Below are positions 19,925 through 29,373 of a stretch of 64,000 nt of DNA, in pieces; position 1 is the first letter of the stretch; each line of letters begins with the position of its first letter. The notes beneath the pieces were generated by a model. That model was not told the DNA's origin and ran no database searches. It saw nothing but the letters and a program-made list of their open reading frames with translations. The translations under genes were made by a program, and so were the position numbers. This DNA is from an uncultured archaeon (lineage in GTDB: Archaea > Thermoproteota > Nitrososphaeria > Nitrososphaerales > Gagatemarchaeaceae), in the NCBI GenBank assembly GCA_963817525.1, contig CAWFOU010000001.1:512001-576000 (forward strand). The letters run 5' to 3'.

Positions 19925-21064
19925 ATGATGGAGTTTGAGCGGCTCAAGCGCCGCAACCAGGACTATCTCCTCATCGAGACCATCAAGCGCGTCGGGCCGT
20001 CGAACTACTCTCTGCTCGCAAGGCTGACTGGCCTCAACCCGGAGACGGTCAGGTACAAGATAAGCAAGCAACTCCCAAAGTACGGCCTCGGCCTGACGGT
20101 AAACATCAACTACGGCGAGCTCGGATTTGCGATGGGGCTCCTGAAGGTCAGGGCGAACTCCTCCTCGGGCAAGTCTTGGTTCGACCACACGCACTACCTC
20201 ATGTTGCTCTCCAAGGTGGTGGGGACCGACACCTACCTCTGCATCTACGGGATCCCGTTCAGGTTCAAGAAGAAGTACGCGGAGAGCCTCGAGGAGCTGA
20301 AGAAGAAGAAGCTCATAGACGACTACGAGATGACCGAGCTCTACTGGATGAGGTACCCCCCGTTCAGGTCGGAGCTCTACAACTTCGAGACAAAGTGCTG
20401 GACTGTCGACTGGAAGCGGATAGAGTCAACCACGCAGGAGGCCGGCGTCACTTCGTTCTCCGTCAACCACGCGCCCAAGGTCGACGACGTAGACATCAAG
20501 ATACTAAAGTACCTCAAGGAGGACCCGACGTACGGCCTCGCGAAGCTAGGCAAGGAGATCGGGGTCAACCCAAGGACGGTGAGGTACCACCACACCGAGC
20601 ACGTCGTGAAGGGCAACCTGATAATCGGGAACAACGTCCGGTGGACCTGGCCGCTCCAGCAGGGCAAGAGCTCAGAGATAATGCAGGTGATGGCCGGCTT
20701 CAAGGGCCTCGAGCAGGACGAGGTCGCCTCCGTGAGGAAGATGTTCAACAAGCTCCCATTCACTTGGGTCGAGGCCGGCACGGAGGGCAAGGACTACTTC
20801 GCGTTCATGGACGTCCCCATCCTGAGCTTCCACGACTGCGTGAGGTTCATCGAGACCAGCCTGGGTTCCTTGAGGAGCAAGCTCGAGATGTCCATCCTCG
20901 ACTCGGCGAAGACCCAGTACATGAGCGTCCCCGACGAGATGTTCGACAAGAGGCTTGGCTGGAGGCTGTTCGGGGTCGAGGACGGCCCTCATAACGGCGC
21001 CGCGACGGGCGAGCCCAGGGAGTCGCGCCACATCGGAGAGAGCGAGGCCGGGGCGGTCGAATGA
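19925..21064 (+). CDS. Lrp/AsnC-like transcription regulator with duplicated wHTH
   Basis: LLARLTGLNPETVRYKI and DDVDIKILKYLKED...LGKEIGVNPRTVRYH. Confidence 0.8.
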   Translation: MMEFERLKRRNQDYLLIETIKRVGPSNYSLLARLTGLNPETVRYKISKQLPKYGLGLTVNINYGELGFAMGLLKVRANSSSGKSWFDHTHYLMLLSKVVGTDTYLCIYGIPFRFKKKYAESLEELKKKKLIDDYEMTELYWMRYPPFRSELYNFETKCWTVDWKRIESTTQEAGVTSFSVNHAPKVDDVDIKILKYLKEDPTYGLAKLGKEIGVNPRTVRYHHTEHVVKGNLIIGNNVRWTWPLQQGKSSEIMQVMAGFKGLEQDEVASVRKMFNKLPFTWVEAGTEGKDYFAFMDVPILSFHDCVRFIETSLGSLRSKLEMSILDSAKTQYMSVPDEMFDKRLGWRLFGVEDGPHNGAATGEPRESRHIGESEAGAVE

Positions 21065-21927
21065 AGCCGCTCAGCGTCGCCTACAGGGAGCTGGTCCTCG
21101 GCGGGCACCTGCTTGCGCTCGGGACGGCCAGCATGGCCGGTGCCGCCGCGTACCTCTTCGGCAGGAGCCCGACCATAGTCCTGCTGGTCATGGCGTACCT
21201 CTTCTCGTTCGGCGCCTACATGATGAACCGGAGCGCCGAGATGGACCAGGACCTAGTATCCCACCCCGAGCGGACGAGCTACCTGGCGAGGCGACGGAAG
21301 GTCTTGCCCGCCGTGGTCGCCGCCTCGTTCCTGATAGGGTACGCGCTGGCGGCGACGGTGAGCCTGATATTCTTCGTGGCTCTGCTCGTCCCGCTCGCAC
21401 TGAGCCTGCTCTACAGCGTGGGGTCGAAGCAGCTGGTGAGGGTCATCGGGACGAGCAAGCTGAAGCAGAGGCTCCTCCTCAAGAACGTGTCAATCGCCTT
21501 CGGGTGGTCGCTCATACCCATCCTCGTCGGGCTATACTTCGGGGGCTTCGACGCGCCTCTTCTTCTCCTGGCGCCGTTCATCTTCCTGAGGCTCATGACG
21601 AACACGATCATCTTCGACATCAGGGACACGGAGGGGGACCGCGAGAACGCGGTGAGGACGCTCCCGACCGAGCTTGGCGTGTCCAAGTCGTTCAGCGTCG
21701 TCGGGTGGATCGACGCCCTCTCGGCGGTCTACCTCGTCGCGCTCCTGGCGATAGGCGCAGTGCCCCAGTTCGCGCTGACCCTGATGGCCCTCCCGATCTA
21801 TTCCACGATATACCGCGGGTTCGCGATGCAGAGCAACGCGAACCTTGGCTTCATCTGCGACGTCATCGCTGACGCCGAGTACATACTCTGGGGACCTTTG
21901 ATCTACATTGGCAAGATTCTCATCTAG
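21061..21927 (+). CDS. UbiA-family membrane prenyltransferase
   Basis: YMMNRSAEMDQD...HPER, LYS, KN, DIRDTEGDRENAVRTLP; multiple TM. Confidence 0.85.
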   Translation: MKPLSVAYRELVLGGHLLALGTASMAGAAAYLFGRSPTIVLLVMAYLFSFGAYMMNRSAEMDQDLVSHPERTSYLARRRKVLPAVVAASFLIGYALAATVSLIFFVALLVPLALSLLYSVGSKQLVRVIGTSKLKQRLLLKNVSIAFGWSLIPILVGLYFGGFDAPLLLLAPFIFLRLMTNTIIFDIRDTEGDRENAVRTLPTELGVSKSFSVVGWIDALSAVYLVALLAIGAVPQFALTLMALPIYSTIYRGFAMQSNANLGFICDVIADAEYILWGPLIYIGKILI

Positions 21928-22010
21928 CAGCGACGAGGCGGAGGGGAGGAAAGTACTGCAAGAGTCGCACCACAACCCCCAACCCGCTCCTCGCAAGGTA
22001 CAGGCAGGAG

Positions 22011-22958
22011 GTGGAGAAGCGGCTCTCGGAGATCTACAGCTCGGACGGATGGATATCCGCCGCGGCCAACGAGGCGATACGCGCGGGCGGCAAGAGGCTG
22101 AGGCCAATACTTGCGATCCTCACGTGCGAGGCGATATGCGGCAACCCGGAGCCCGCGTTCCCGGTCGCGATGGCCTACGAGCTCGCCCACTCCGCCTCCC
22201 TCATCCAGGACGACATAATCGACGAGTCGCCAGTCCGCCACGCGAGTCCCACGGCGTACAAGAGGTACGGGCTAGCCCGCGCGATAATGCTCTCCGACAG
22301 CATGATCTTCGAGATATTCACACTGATGGCCAGGTACAAGGACACAGACCTTCCCAAGGAGGGGCTGGTCAGGCTCCTCGAGTTCCTCGGGCGGGCCGCG
22401 AGCCTGGCGGCGGAGGGGGAGATGTCGGAGGTCGCACTCTCCAAGAGGGGCGACATCAAGACGGAGGAGTACACGAAGGTGATAGGGCAGAAGACGGGCG
22501 CACTCTTCGCCGCCAGCGCCGCCTCCGGCGCGGTAGTGGCCAGGGCAGACAGGGGCACCATAGACAAGATGTACGACTTTGGGCTCGCCCTCGGAGTCGC
22601 CTTCCAGATAGGCGACGACATCCTGGACATGACGGGGAACACGGAGAACACAGGGAAGCCGGTGTTCAAGGACATCGAGAACAACGCTGGGAACGTGGTC
22701 CTCCTTCACGCGCTATCCAACGCCAACATCGTCCAGAAGAACATGATCAACTCTCTGCTCTTCAAAAAGTGGTTCACCTCGATCGAGGCAGAGCGGCTCC
22801 TGGCCCTCCTGAACGAGCTGGGCTCCTTCAAGTACGCCTGGTCCCTGCTCAACTCGCAGACCTCCTACTGCAGGAACCTGCTCCAGTCCCTCCCCCCCTC
22901 CCACGCGAGGAACGCCCTAGAGGAGCTGACGCGGTCGATAGAGGCCAGAAAGGAGTAG
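22011..22958 (+). CDS. trans-polyprenyl diphosphate synthase (N-terminus may extend upstream)
   Basis: GGKRLRP, FARM LIQDDIID..R, KTGALF, SARM FQIGDDILD, GK...DI. Confidence 0.92.
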   Translation: MEKRLSEIYSSDGWISAAANEAIRAGGKRLRPILAILTCEAICGNPEPAFPVAMAYELAHSASLIQDDIIDESPVRHASPTAYKRYGLARAIMLSDSMIFEIFTLMARYKDTDLPKEGLVRLLEFLGRAASLAAEGEMSEVALSKRGDIKTEEYTKVIGQKTGALFAASAASGAVVARADRGTIDKMYDFGLALGVAFQIGDDILDMTGNTENTGKPVFKDIENNAGNVVLLHALSNANIVQKNMINSLLFKKWFTSIEAERLLALLNELGSFKYAWSLLNSQTSYCRNLLQSLPPSHARNALEELTRSIEARKE

Positions 22959-22959
22959 A

Positions 22960-23688
22960 GTGATAGTGGCCGAGCATCAAGCTGAAATAGTCTCGCCGGG
23001 AACGGGAGCGAACGCCATGAGCAGCGCCGGAAGGATACCCACTGGGATCGAGGGGCTCGATTCCCTGATAGAGGGGGGCCTCATCCGGGGCGATATGCAC
23101 CTCGTCGCCGGCGCGCCCGGCACGGGGAAGACGATCCTCGCCTCCACTTTCGCCTACAACGCGGTCACTACGCAGAAGGAGAAGGTCGTCTATGCCAGCT
23201 TCGAAGAGTCCACGGAGTACTTCGAGAGGAACATGAAGAAGCTAGGGATCGACCTGGCAGCGGCGGAGAAGACGGGCAACCTCACAGTTGTCGACCTGGA
23301 TGCGCTGAAGGGGAAGGAGCTGGAGAGCAACATCCAGTTGCTCATATCCGCCGTCAAGGAGACGAAGAGCACGATACTGGTGATCGACTCGCTCACCGCC
23401 CTCCTCCTCGCAACAGAGTCCAAGTTCGAGCTAAGGGCGTTCATGAAGAGCGTCTACAAGACCCTCAAGAACCAAGGCATCACCACGGTAATGACCATCA
23501 GCCAGACCCCAGGAATGGGGTTCGGGATCGAGGGGTTCGTCGCTGACTCGGTGATGCTCCTCGAGAACGTGGTCGAAAAGGACCAGTTCAAGACGCGCCT
23601 GATAATCCTGAAGATGAGGGGTACGGAGCACAGCAAGCGATACCACACGGTCGCGTTCGCGCCGAAGATGTCCGTTTCCAAGTACTAG
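22960..23688 (+). CDS. KaiC/RAD55-family ATPase
   Basis: TGIEGLD, GAPGTGKT, SFEE, LVIDSLT, KMRGT. Confidence 0.92.
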   Translation: MIVAEHQAEIVSPGTGANAMSSAGRIPTGIEGLDSLIEGGLIRGDMHLVAGAPGTGKTILASTFAYNAVTTQKEKVVYASFEESTEYFERNMKKLGIDLAAAEKTGNLTVVDLDALKGKELESNIQLLISAVKETKSTILVIDSLTALLLATESKFELRAFMKSVYKTLKNQGITTVMTISQTPGMGFGIEGFVADSVMLLENVVEKDQFKTRLIILKMRGTEHSKRYHTVAFAPKMSVSKY

Positions 23689-23909
23689 GCGCCTCCTCCC
23701 CTTGTCTGCAATCGCAGTCGAGGACGCGTCCTACGGTGTCATCGACTAGATTTCTGCTCCACTCGCCTTATAGCGCGAAGTTTAAGAAACTTGTAAGTTT
23801 CACGGGAAAAGGGCGAAAACATTGGCTCAATACGCCTCCGCGACGCATCCTTCGAGGACTTACCTCGACTCGTCTAGCGTAGCGGTCGAGCCGCGGAGGT
23901 AGGAAAGCG

Positions 23910-25311
23910 GTGGACTTGCTGGCTACGGTCGCCGCGACCCCGGACATCTTCCCCTACCTCCTATATCCGCTCGTCCACATCTTCACGCTCGAGATCACAG
24001 GCCTCTCGGCGTATTACATCTACAGGCAGAAGATAACGGCATACCAGTACACGAAGGGGCTCCTGCTCGCGGTCCACATACTATTCATGGGAGTAGTAGT
24101 CTTCGAGTTCCTCCGGACAGCCCTCCTCTCCCTCGACTTCATCACCGCATACACGATAGGCGGGACCACGCTGGTCCTCGCCGACGTTGTGCTGCTAACC
24201 CTCCTGGCGGTCACGGTATACCTCGTCCCTTCGGGGATTGGGAACAAGAGCATCGCCAAGCTGCTCTGGGAGAACAAGCCGCAGGTGGTCCTCTTCGCGG
24301 CCTACACCGCGTTCATCGTGTACGCCGCCGCCTACCTCAGCCTAGAGGAGCCGTTCACCAGCAGCTTTGCGTCCAGCGTGAGCGGAGCGCTGGTCCCCAT
24401 CACCGTCTTCAACTCCTACTATCTCGTCGCGCTCCTCATCGTCCTCGCCGTCTTCATCCTATATCCGTCCGCGCTACTGCTCCTTGCCTCGAGGAAGGTC
24501 AAGGACCCCTCGGTCGGGCAGGGTCCTGAGGGTCCTGCCGGTCATCTGGAGCGGCATCGGCGTCGACCTCCTGTTCTTCAACGGGTACCTGCTCTCGAGG
24601 AACTACGACGCGACGCCCTTCGGCTACCTCATCGCCTCGGTGGCGTTCGGGATAAGCGCGCTGGTGTTCAGGAGGGCGTCCCTCCTCACGGCGTTCTTCG
24701 AGCCGGTCAGGCCCACGGGGAAGACGGCCGCCGAGTTCCCGTTCACCGAGCGCCTCGGCGTCCCGTCCGACTTCCTGTCCGGGAGGAGCCTCCTGCTCGA
24801 GACCGACCCGTCCATGCCCTACGAGCAGATCGTCACGGACTTCGCGCGGCAGTCCATCTCGAACACTAGCACGGTCTATGTGTTCACCGCAAAGGGGAGC
24901 CCGATATTCAACGCCCTGAGCAAGACCGCCGGGGTGAGGTTCTACATTCTCTCGGCCAAGGTGTCGTACCCCAAGCCCGAGGAGAACGAGCCTTCCCAGA
25001 TACTCATCCCGAGCAACGACCAAGCTGTCATGCTCGACCTCATCGACAAGACCGTCTCTGCAGCGACCGCGCCTGCCCAAGTCGCCATCGTCTTCGACAG
25101 CATCTCCGACATGGTACTGTCGGCGGGGTTCGAGGCCACCTACAAGTTCGTCAAGCAGGTGAACGAGACCACCGGGAACGGCAGGACGTCCGCCCTGTTC
25201 CTGATGACCCTCGGGGCGCACGACGAGAAGGTCGTCAGCTTTGTGAGGAGCCTCTTCCCGACCCAGCTAGTGGACGACGCCAGCGGCCTCAAGATGACGC
25301 GCTCCCAGTAG
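23910..25311 (+). CDS. Multi-TM sensor fused to an inactivated KaiC-like (DUF835-like) domain; frameshift near 24515
   Basis: About 7 hydrophobic helices, then GRSLLLETDPS (eroded P-loop), IVFDSISD, GAHDEKVVSFVRSLF. Confidence 0.7.
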
Positions 25312-25375
25312 AAGCCCGGCCGACGGACGATCACTCCAAAGCACATATATCTCGGGTCGGCGACTCCGACAGCCG

Positions 25376-25684
25376 ATGGCGACCATTGCGGTCCCTGACC
25401 TGTCCACTGCATTTCTCGTGGCCGCGATAGTTCCCCTCATCCTGGGGTTCCTCGTGGGGACCGTGATAAAACAGACCCTCAAGGTAGGGGCGGTGATAGC
25501 GATAATCATCCTCGTGCTCATCTTCATCGGGGCCCTCACGCCCTCGCAGGTCATCGACCCGATCCTGAGCGCCTTCAAAGGCTCGGGCCCCCAGGTGCTG
25601 ACACAGGCGAAGCGGCTTTCGAGCTATCTGCCCTACTCCTCTATCACCTTCCTGATAGGGCTGGCCGTCGGCTTTTACAAGTAG
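25376..25684 (+). CDS. Small membrane protein (FUN14-like)
   Basis: LGFLVGTVIKQTLKV...GAL and C-terminal FLIGLAVGF. Confidence 0.55.
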   Translation: MATIAVPDLSTAFLVAAIVPLILGFLVGTVIKQTLKVGAVIAIIILVLIFIGALTPSQVIDPILSAFKGSGPQVLTQAKRLSSYLPYSSITFLIGLAVGFYK

Positions 25685-25687
25685 GCC

Positions 25688-25951
25688 CTAGAGCAGCCAT
25701 TCTTTCGGCGGGCCTTGGACACCGGCGCAGTGGACCTCGCCGGTCACCCTGCGTATGAAGGACGGGCACAGGAAGCACACCAAGAACCCCACCTCTCCGT
25801 TCACCACGGGGCAGTCGACGCTCTCTTTCTTCATCCTCGCAATGGCCTTGGCCCCGGCCACCCCCTTGAGCTGGGCGGAGACCTCCTTGGGTATCCTCTT
25901 GGGCTTGGCCGCCTCCCTGACCTTCACGACGAACTTGTAGTCGACAGACAA
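25688..25951 (-). CDS. Small basic 4-Cys (putative metal-binding) protein
   Basis: DCPV...CFLC...RRVTGEVHCAG; TTG start at 25951. Confidence 0.65.
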   Translation of the reverse strand: MSVDYKFVVKVREAAKPKRIPKEVSAQLKGVAGAKAIARMKKESVDCPVVNGEVGFLVCFLCPSFIRRVTGEVHCAGVQGPPKEWLL

Positions 25952-26001
25952 ACGCGTCTGGTATCGCCGATAGTCGGATAAAAGTTTGAGGAATCTGTCG
26001 T

Positions 26002-26670
26002 CTATCCGCCTATCGTGAACGGGATCCACTTCGGCGACAGGGGGGTCGCAGAGAGCCTGCTGACCATCATGAAACGGCCCTGCTCCGAGAACTTCATCCT
26101 GACCGTCCCGTCGGTCGCGTATTCGACGGACTTTACGGTCTTCTCGTCGTGGACCCCCTCCTCCAGGAGCACGAGCCCCGTCACCCCGCGCGTCTGGAGC
26201 TTCGTGTGGACGGTGTCGAGGAGCCTGAGCGCCCTCTCGGCGCCCCCGTAGTTGATCACGTCGGTGAACGAGTCTATCACCATCCTCGAGTCGTCCTCAG
26301 GCAGGACCCCGGCGTCGTCTATTATCGAGGTTATCCCGACGGAGACGTCGGTGAGGGACGCGAGGCTCGCCGAGTGCTTTGACTTACTCTTGCCCGACTT
26401 CCACGAGTAGCAGTCGAGGAAGTGCATGTGCTTCTCCAAGCCCTTGTTCCACTTGAAGGTCTCCATGGTCTCAAGCGCCCTGTCCTCCCCCTCGCTCGTG
26501 GCGACCAGGAACGAATCCTTCTTCGCCTCGATCCCGGTGTAGAGGAAGCGCTTGCTCAGGATGCTCTTCCCCGCGCCCGGGGGTCCCAGGACCAAGCAGA
26601 GAGAGCCCACGGGAATCCCCCCGAGCATCATCTGGTCCATGTCAGGGACCCCTATCGGTAGGCGCTTCAT
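26002..26670 (-). CDS. KaiC/RAD55-family ATPase lacking the C-terminal KxR motif
   Basis: GPPGAGKS, DCYSW, MVIDSFT, GVHDEKTVKSVEYATDG. Confidence 0.88.
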   Translation of the reverse strand: MKRLPIGVPDMDQMMLGGIPVGSLCLVLGPPGAGKSILSKRFLYTGIEAKKDSFLVATSEGEDRALETMETFKWNKGLEKHMHFLDCYSWKSGKSKSKHSASLASLTDVSVGITSIIDDAGVLPEDDSRMVIDSFTDVINYGGAERALRLLDTVHTKLQTRGVTGLVLLEEGVHDEKTVKSVEYATDGTVRMKFSEQGRFMMVSRLSATPLSPKWIPFTIGG

Positions 26671-26708
26671 CTAGTCCACAGGTGGATGTCCGGTCGTTAT
26701 TAAGAACC

Positions 26709-27443
26709 CTAGAAAATCTGTTCGGTCGGGAAGACCTCTATCCCCTGCTCGGTGATGCGATAGGGGTGGGGCTGGGTGTCGTGGGCGACCCCGCGCATCT
26801 TCTCGATACTGAACACCCGCGTGAAGGTCGACCCCGCCAGTATCTTCGACATCACGATGACCCCCTGGGTGAGGAACTCTTCGAAGACGTGGGGGCGCTG
26901 GAGCTGGGCGTCGTTGAGCTCGTCGACGAAGATGGTCGTGCACTTTGTCTTGTTGGCCGCGGCGATGAGGTCGAGGAATGCGATCCGCCTGGTGTACTCG
27001 TCGCTAAAGTGCACTATGAGGGTGGAGATCGGGTCGATCACGAGGCGGGTGGCCCCCACCTTCTTCACGGCGTCCGCCAGCGACGATATCATCGTTGAGA
27101 GCGCGAACTCATGGCCCCCCACCTCCGCCCCGCCAAGTTTGATCTTCGCCGGGAGGAGCCTTATCGGGGACGCGTCCACGATGGCTATCTTGCCCTCCTT
27201 GACCGGTTTCGCCAGGTCGACCCCCATTTGCTTTGCGTTTGCAAGCAGCCTTTCGGGGTCTTCGTCCATGGAGAGATATACGCCGTTCTCGCCCGAGGAG
27301 ACCCCGGATTGCAAGAATTGCAGGCTGAAGATGGTCTTCCCGCTCCCGGGGGCGCCTAGCAGGAGCACGGACGAGCCCGTGGGCACGCCCTTGCCGTCAA
27401 GAAGGGAATCGACTCCCTTGATCCCCATCGGCGCGTAGGACAA
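26709..27443 (-). CDS. KaiC/RAD55-family ATPase
   Basis: GAPGSGKT, SMDE, LVIDPIS, KMRG. Confidence 0.92.
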   Translation of the reverse strand: MSYAPMGIKGVDSLLDGKGVPTGSSVLLLGAPGSGKTIFSLQFLQSGVSSGENGVYLSMDEDPERLLANAKQMGVDLAKPVKEGKIAIVDASPIRLLPAKIKLGGAEVGGHEFALSTMISSLADAVKKVGATRLVIDPISTLIVHFSDEYTRRIAFLDLIAAANKTKCTTIFVDELNDAQLQRPHVFEEFLTQGVIVMSKILAGSTFTRVFSIEKMRGVAHDTQPHPYRITEQGIEVFPTEQIF

Positions 27444-27446
27444 GGT

Positions 27447-27935
27447 CTAGCTCGGGCTCTTCGGGAGGTGGCCCTTGAGCGTCTGCTCCCACGCCCTCGG
27501 ATTCTGGACCTCGAAGCGGGCTATCTCCACCCCTCCCTCGGTCTCGGTCTCGATCGTCAGCATGAGCGTGGAGTAGGTCTCGGACTCGTCGAGGAGGCCG
27601 GGATGGGAGTTGATTGGGCGCTCCCCTGAGCACTTCTTCTCATAGTCGTCCTTGTTCTTCCAGTTGGGGCGGCTCCTCCTGGACCGAGTGCCCGACTCGA
27701 CCGAGACGTCGATGACCGTGTCGATGGCGATGGACATTACCCTCCCCGTCGAGCTCAACCTTCCCGTCTGAAGGACCCCGGAATACCGGGGCTCGTAGGC
27801 GTGGAAGATGAGGTATCTCGGGTTTAGCATGAGCTTTCCGACCATCACCTGGGGATAGGAGGCAAGGTGGCCCTCATAATAGACGAAGGTGCCCGGGGCG
27901 AGGTTCGAGGTCTCGAGGGTCTTCTGGCTCGTCTC
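27447..27935 (-). CDS. Hypothetical protein, possible PH-like domain (start uncertain)
   Basis: Frame is open upstream of the listed ORF: YYEGHLASYPQVMVGKLML...LIF...SIAIDTVIDVSVE. Confidence 0.5.
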   Translation of the reverse strand, partial: ETSQKTLETSNLAPGTFVYYEGHLASYPQVMVGKLMLNPRYLIFHAYEPRYSGVLQTGRLSSTGRVMSIAIDTVIDVSVESGTRSRRSRPNWKNKDDYEKKCSGERPINSHPGLLDESETYSTLMLTIETETEGGVEIARFEVQNPRAWEQTLKGHLPKSPS

Positions 27936-28401
27936 ACTCGCCCCCGGCCTGCTGCTCGATTGTGAGCTCCCTTCTCTTCTTCGCGGCGAAGGGCTCGAAG
28001 GCGGATATCGACTCGACGTCGTGGATGCCCCTCGCGGCGACCAGGCAGCCCCCTAGCGTAAGGACCGCGCACGCCCCCGCAAGGGGGACCGGGAACAGGA
28101 GGCCGACTAACCCCGTCTCGGCGGCCAGGGTCCCCGACGCCCCGAGGAGAAGGGTCACCTGGCTAAGGAAGGAGCGGCTCCTATGCGCCGAGAAGATAAG
28201 CAAAACTGCGCTCAGCGAGAGGCCCGAGACGGCCAAGTAGAGCCACTGGGCGGAGAGGACGACGGTCGCGACGGTCGTGACCATGAAGATGAAGCTGCCG
28301 GCGAGAGAAAGGGCGAAGCCCCTGAGCTTCCTGTTCCTGCCTTCCATCTCCGGGTATAGCTCCGGGTACATTGGCCTTCGGTAGCGCACCCGAAACTTCA
28401 C
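27934..28401 (-). CDS. Membrane protein (about 4 TM)
   Basis: Hydrophobic helices; first gene of the apparent operon that includes two KaiC genes. Confidence 0.65.
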   Translation of the reverse strand: MKFRVRYRRPMYPELYPEMEGRNRKLRGFALSLAGSFIFMVTTVATVVLSAQWLYLAVSGLSLSAVLLIFSAHRSRSFLSQVTLLLGASGTLAAETGLVGLLFPVPLAGACAVLTLGGCLVAARGIHDVESISAFEPFAAKKRRELTIEQQAGGE

Positions 28402-28539
28402 CGCGAGTGTTTAGAAGTTTAGACTTCTAGGTAAGAAACTGGCTCACTTTGCGAGCATCAGCCAGAAACGAGCCCGGGCTGCCCTCCTTTCGGGGAATCT
28501 ACAGTCGCCAGTGATTGGAGATTAGGACTAATTTCCGTG

Positions 28540-29106
28540 CTACGATATGGAGTGCTGGTGGAGCTTGAAGTTTGCGAGCCTTGCTGCAAGAAAAGCGCCG
28601 GTGGCCGCAGCGGAAATAATCAGCAAGTCTTGGTTGGAGAACCATCCCAGCCCGAGTTCATATTGGAAATTTGTGACGTGCATGCCAAGGAATCCGGGGC
28701 TCACAAGGGTGAGGCCGACCTCGAAAACGAGCATGATTGAAGACCCCGCTGTTGCAAGTCGCTTCAAGACCTGTAGGCGACCCTTTTTTCGCCAGATAAC
28801 TGTGAGACTCACCATCAATAGGACGAAGTAGATCAGGGCAAATGCGTCGAGGAAGGGTATTACGAGGAAAAGACCCATGGGGAAGAAGGGTCTGAACAAT
28901 GCCCAGTGGATGTTCCAGACCGTTTGGAGCAAGTTATTGAGCGCAGTCGCCCCTTGAAGGTTGTACCAGGGATTTCCTCCTGCCTCGCTGACCAGGTAAT
29001 CGTCTCCTATGGTTGCGAGCAATCCAAACACGGATATTCCGAGAACCGCGAAGGCTAGAGCATCTGGGATGGCTGCGCGCAAAACAACCCTTGCCTCTTT
29101 GTCCAT
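28540..29106 (-). CDS. Hypothetical membrane protein
   Basis: 4-5 hydrophobic segments; atypical codon usage by eye. Confidence 0.6.
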   Translation of the reverse strand: MDKEARVVLRAAIPDALAFAVLGISVFGLLATIGDDYLVSEAGGNPWYNLQGATALNNLLQTVWNIHWALFRPFFPMGLFLVIPFLDAFALIYFVLLMVSLTVIWRKKGRLQVLKRLATAGSSIMLVFEVGLTLVSPGFLGMHVTNFQYELGLGWFSNQDLLIISAAATGAFLAARLANFKLHQHSIS

Positions 29107-29269
29107 TTTTTCGCTCTCCCATCCAATCGCTCGATTCGTCTTTCCAAAACTTAGATTTGGGTAGATTAGGGTTGTGAACCAGGAAACCATCGGGATTTCG
29201 ATCATTTTGAGGCAGACCACCCACTCGGGGTCTAGCCAACAATCAGAAGTTTAGACTGTTGAGTCGATT

Positions 29270-29298
29270 CGGAGGCGCAATTAACCCTAATGCACGGC
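29270..29298 (+). repeat. Inter-gene repeat copy 1
   Basis: CGGAGGCGCAATTAACCCTAATGCACGGC. Confidence 0.7.
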
Positions 29299-29373
29299 AA
29301 CCCACGCTTCCCTCGGCGCTTCGAGGTTTGTTCCATCGGGTTCAATAGCCACCGACCTCATCATCAATCTTGA

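Noticed and set aside
19036-27443. Circadian kaiABC clock
   Set aside because: Single-domain ATPases, no kaiA/kaiB seen, and no Ser-Thr phosphosite pair at the equivalent position
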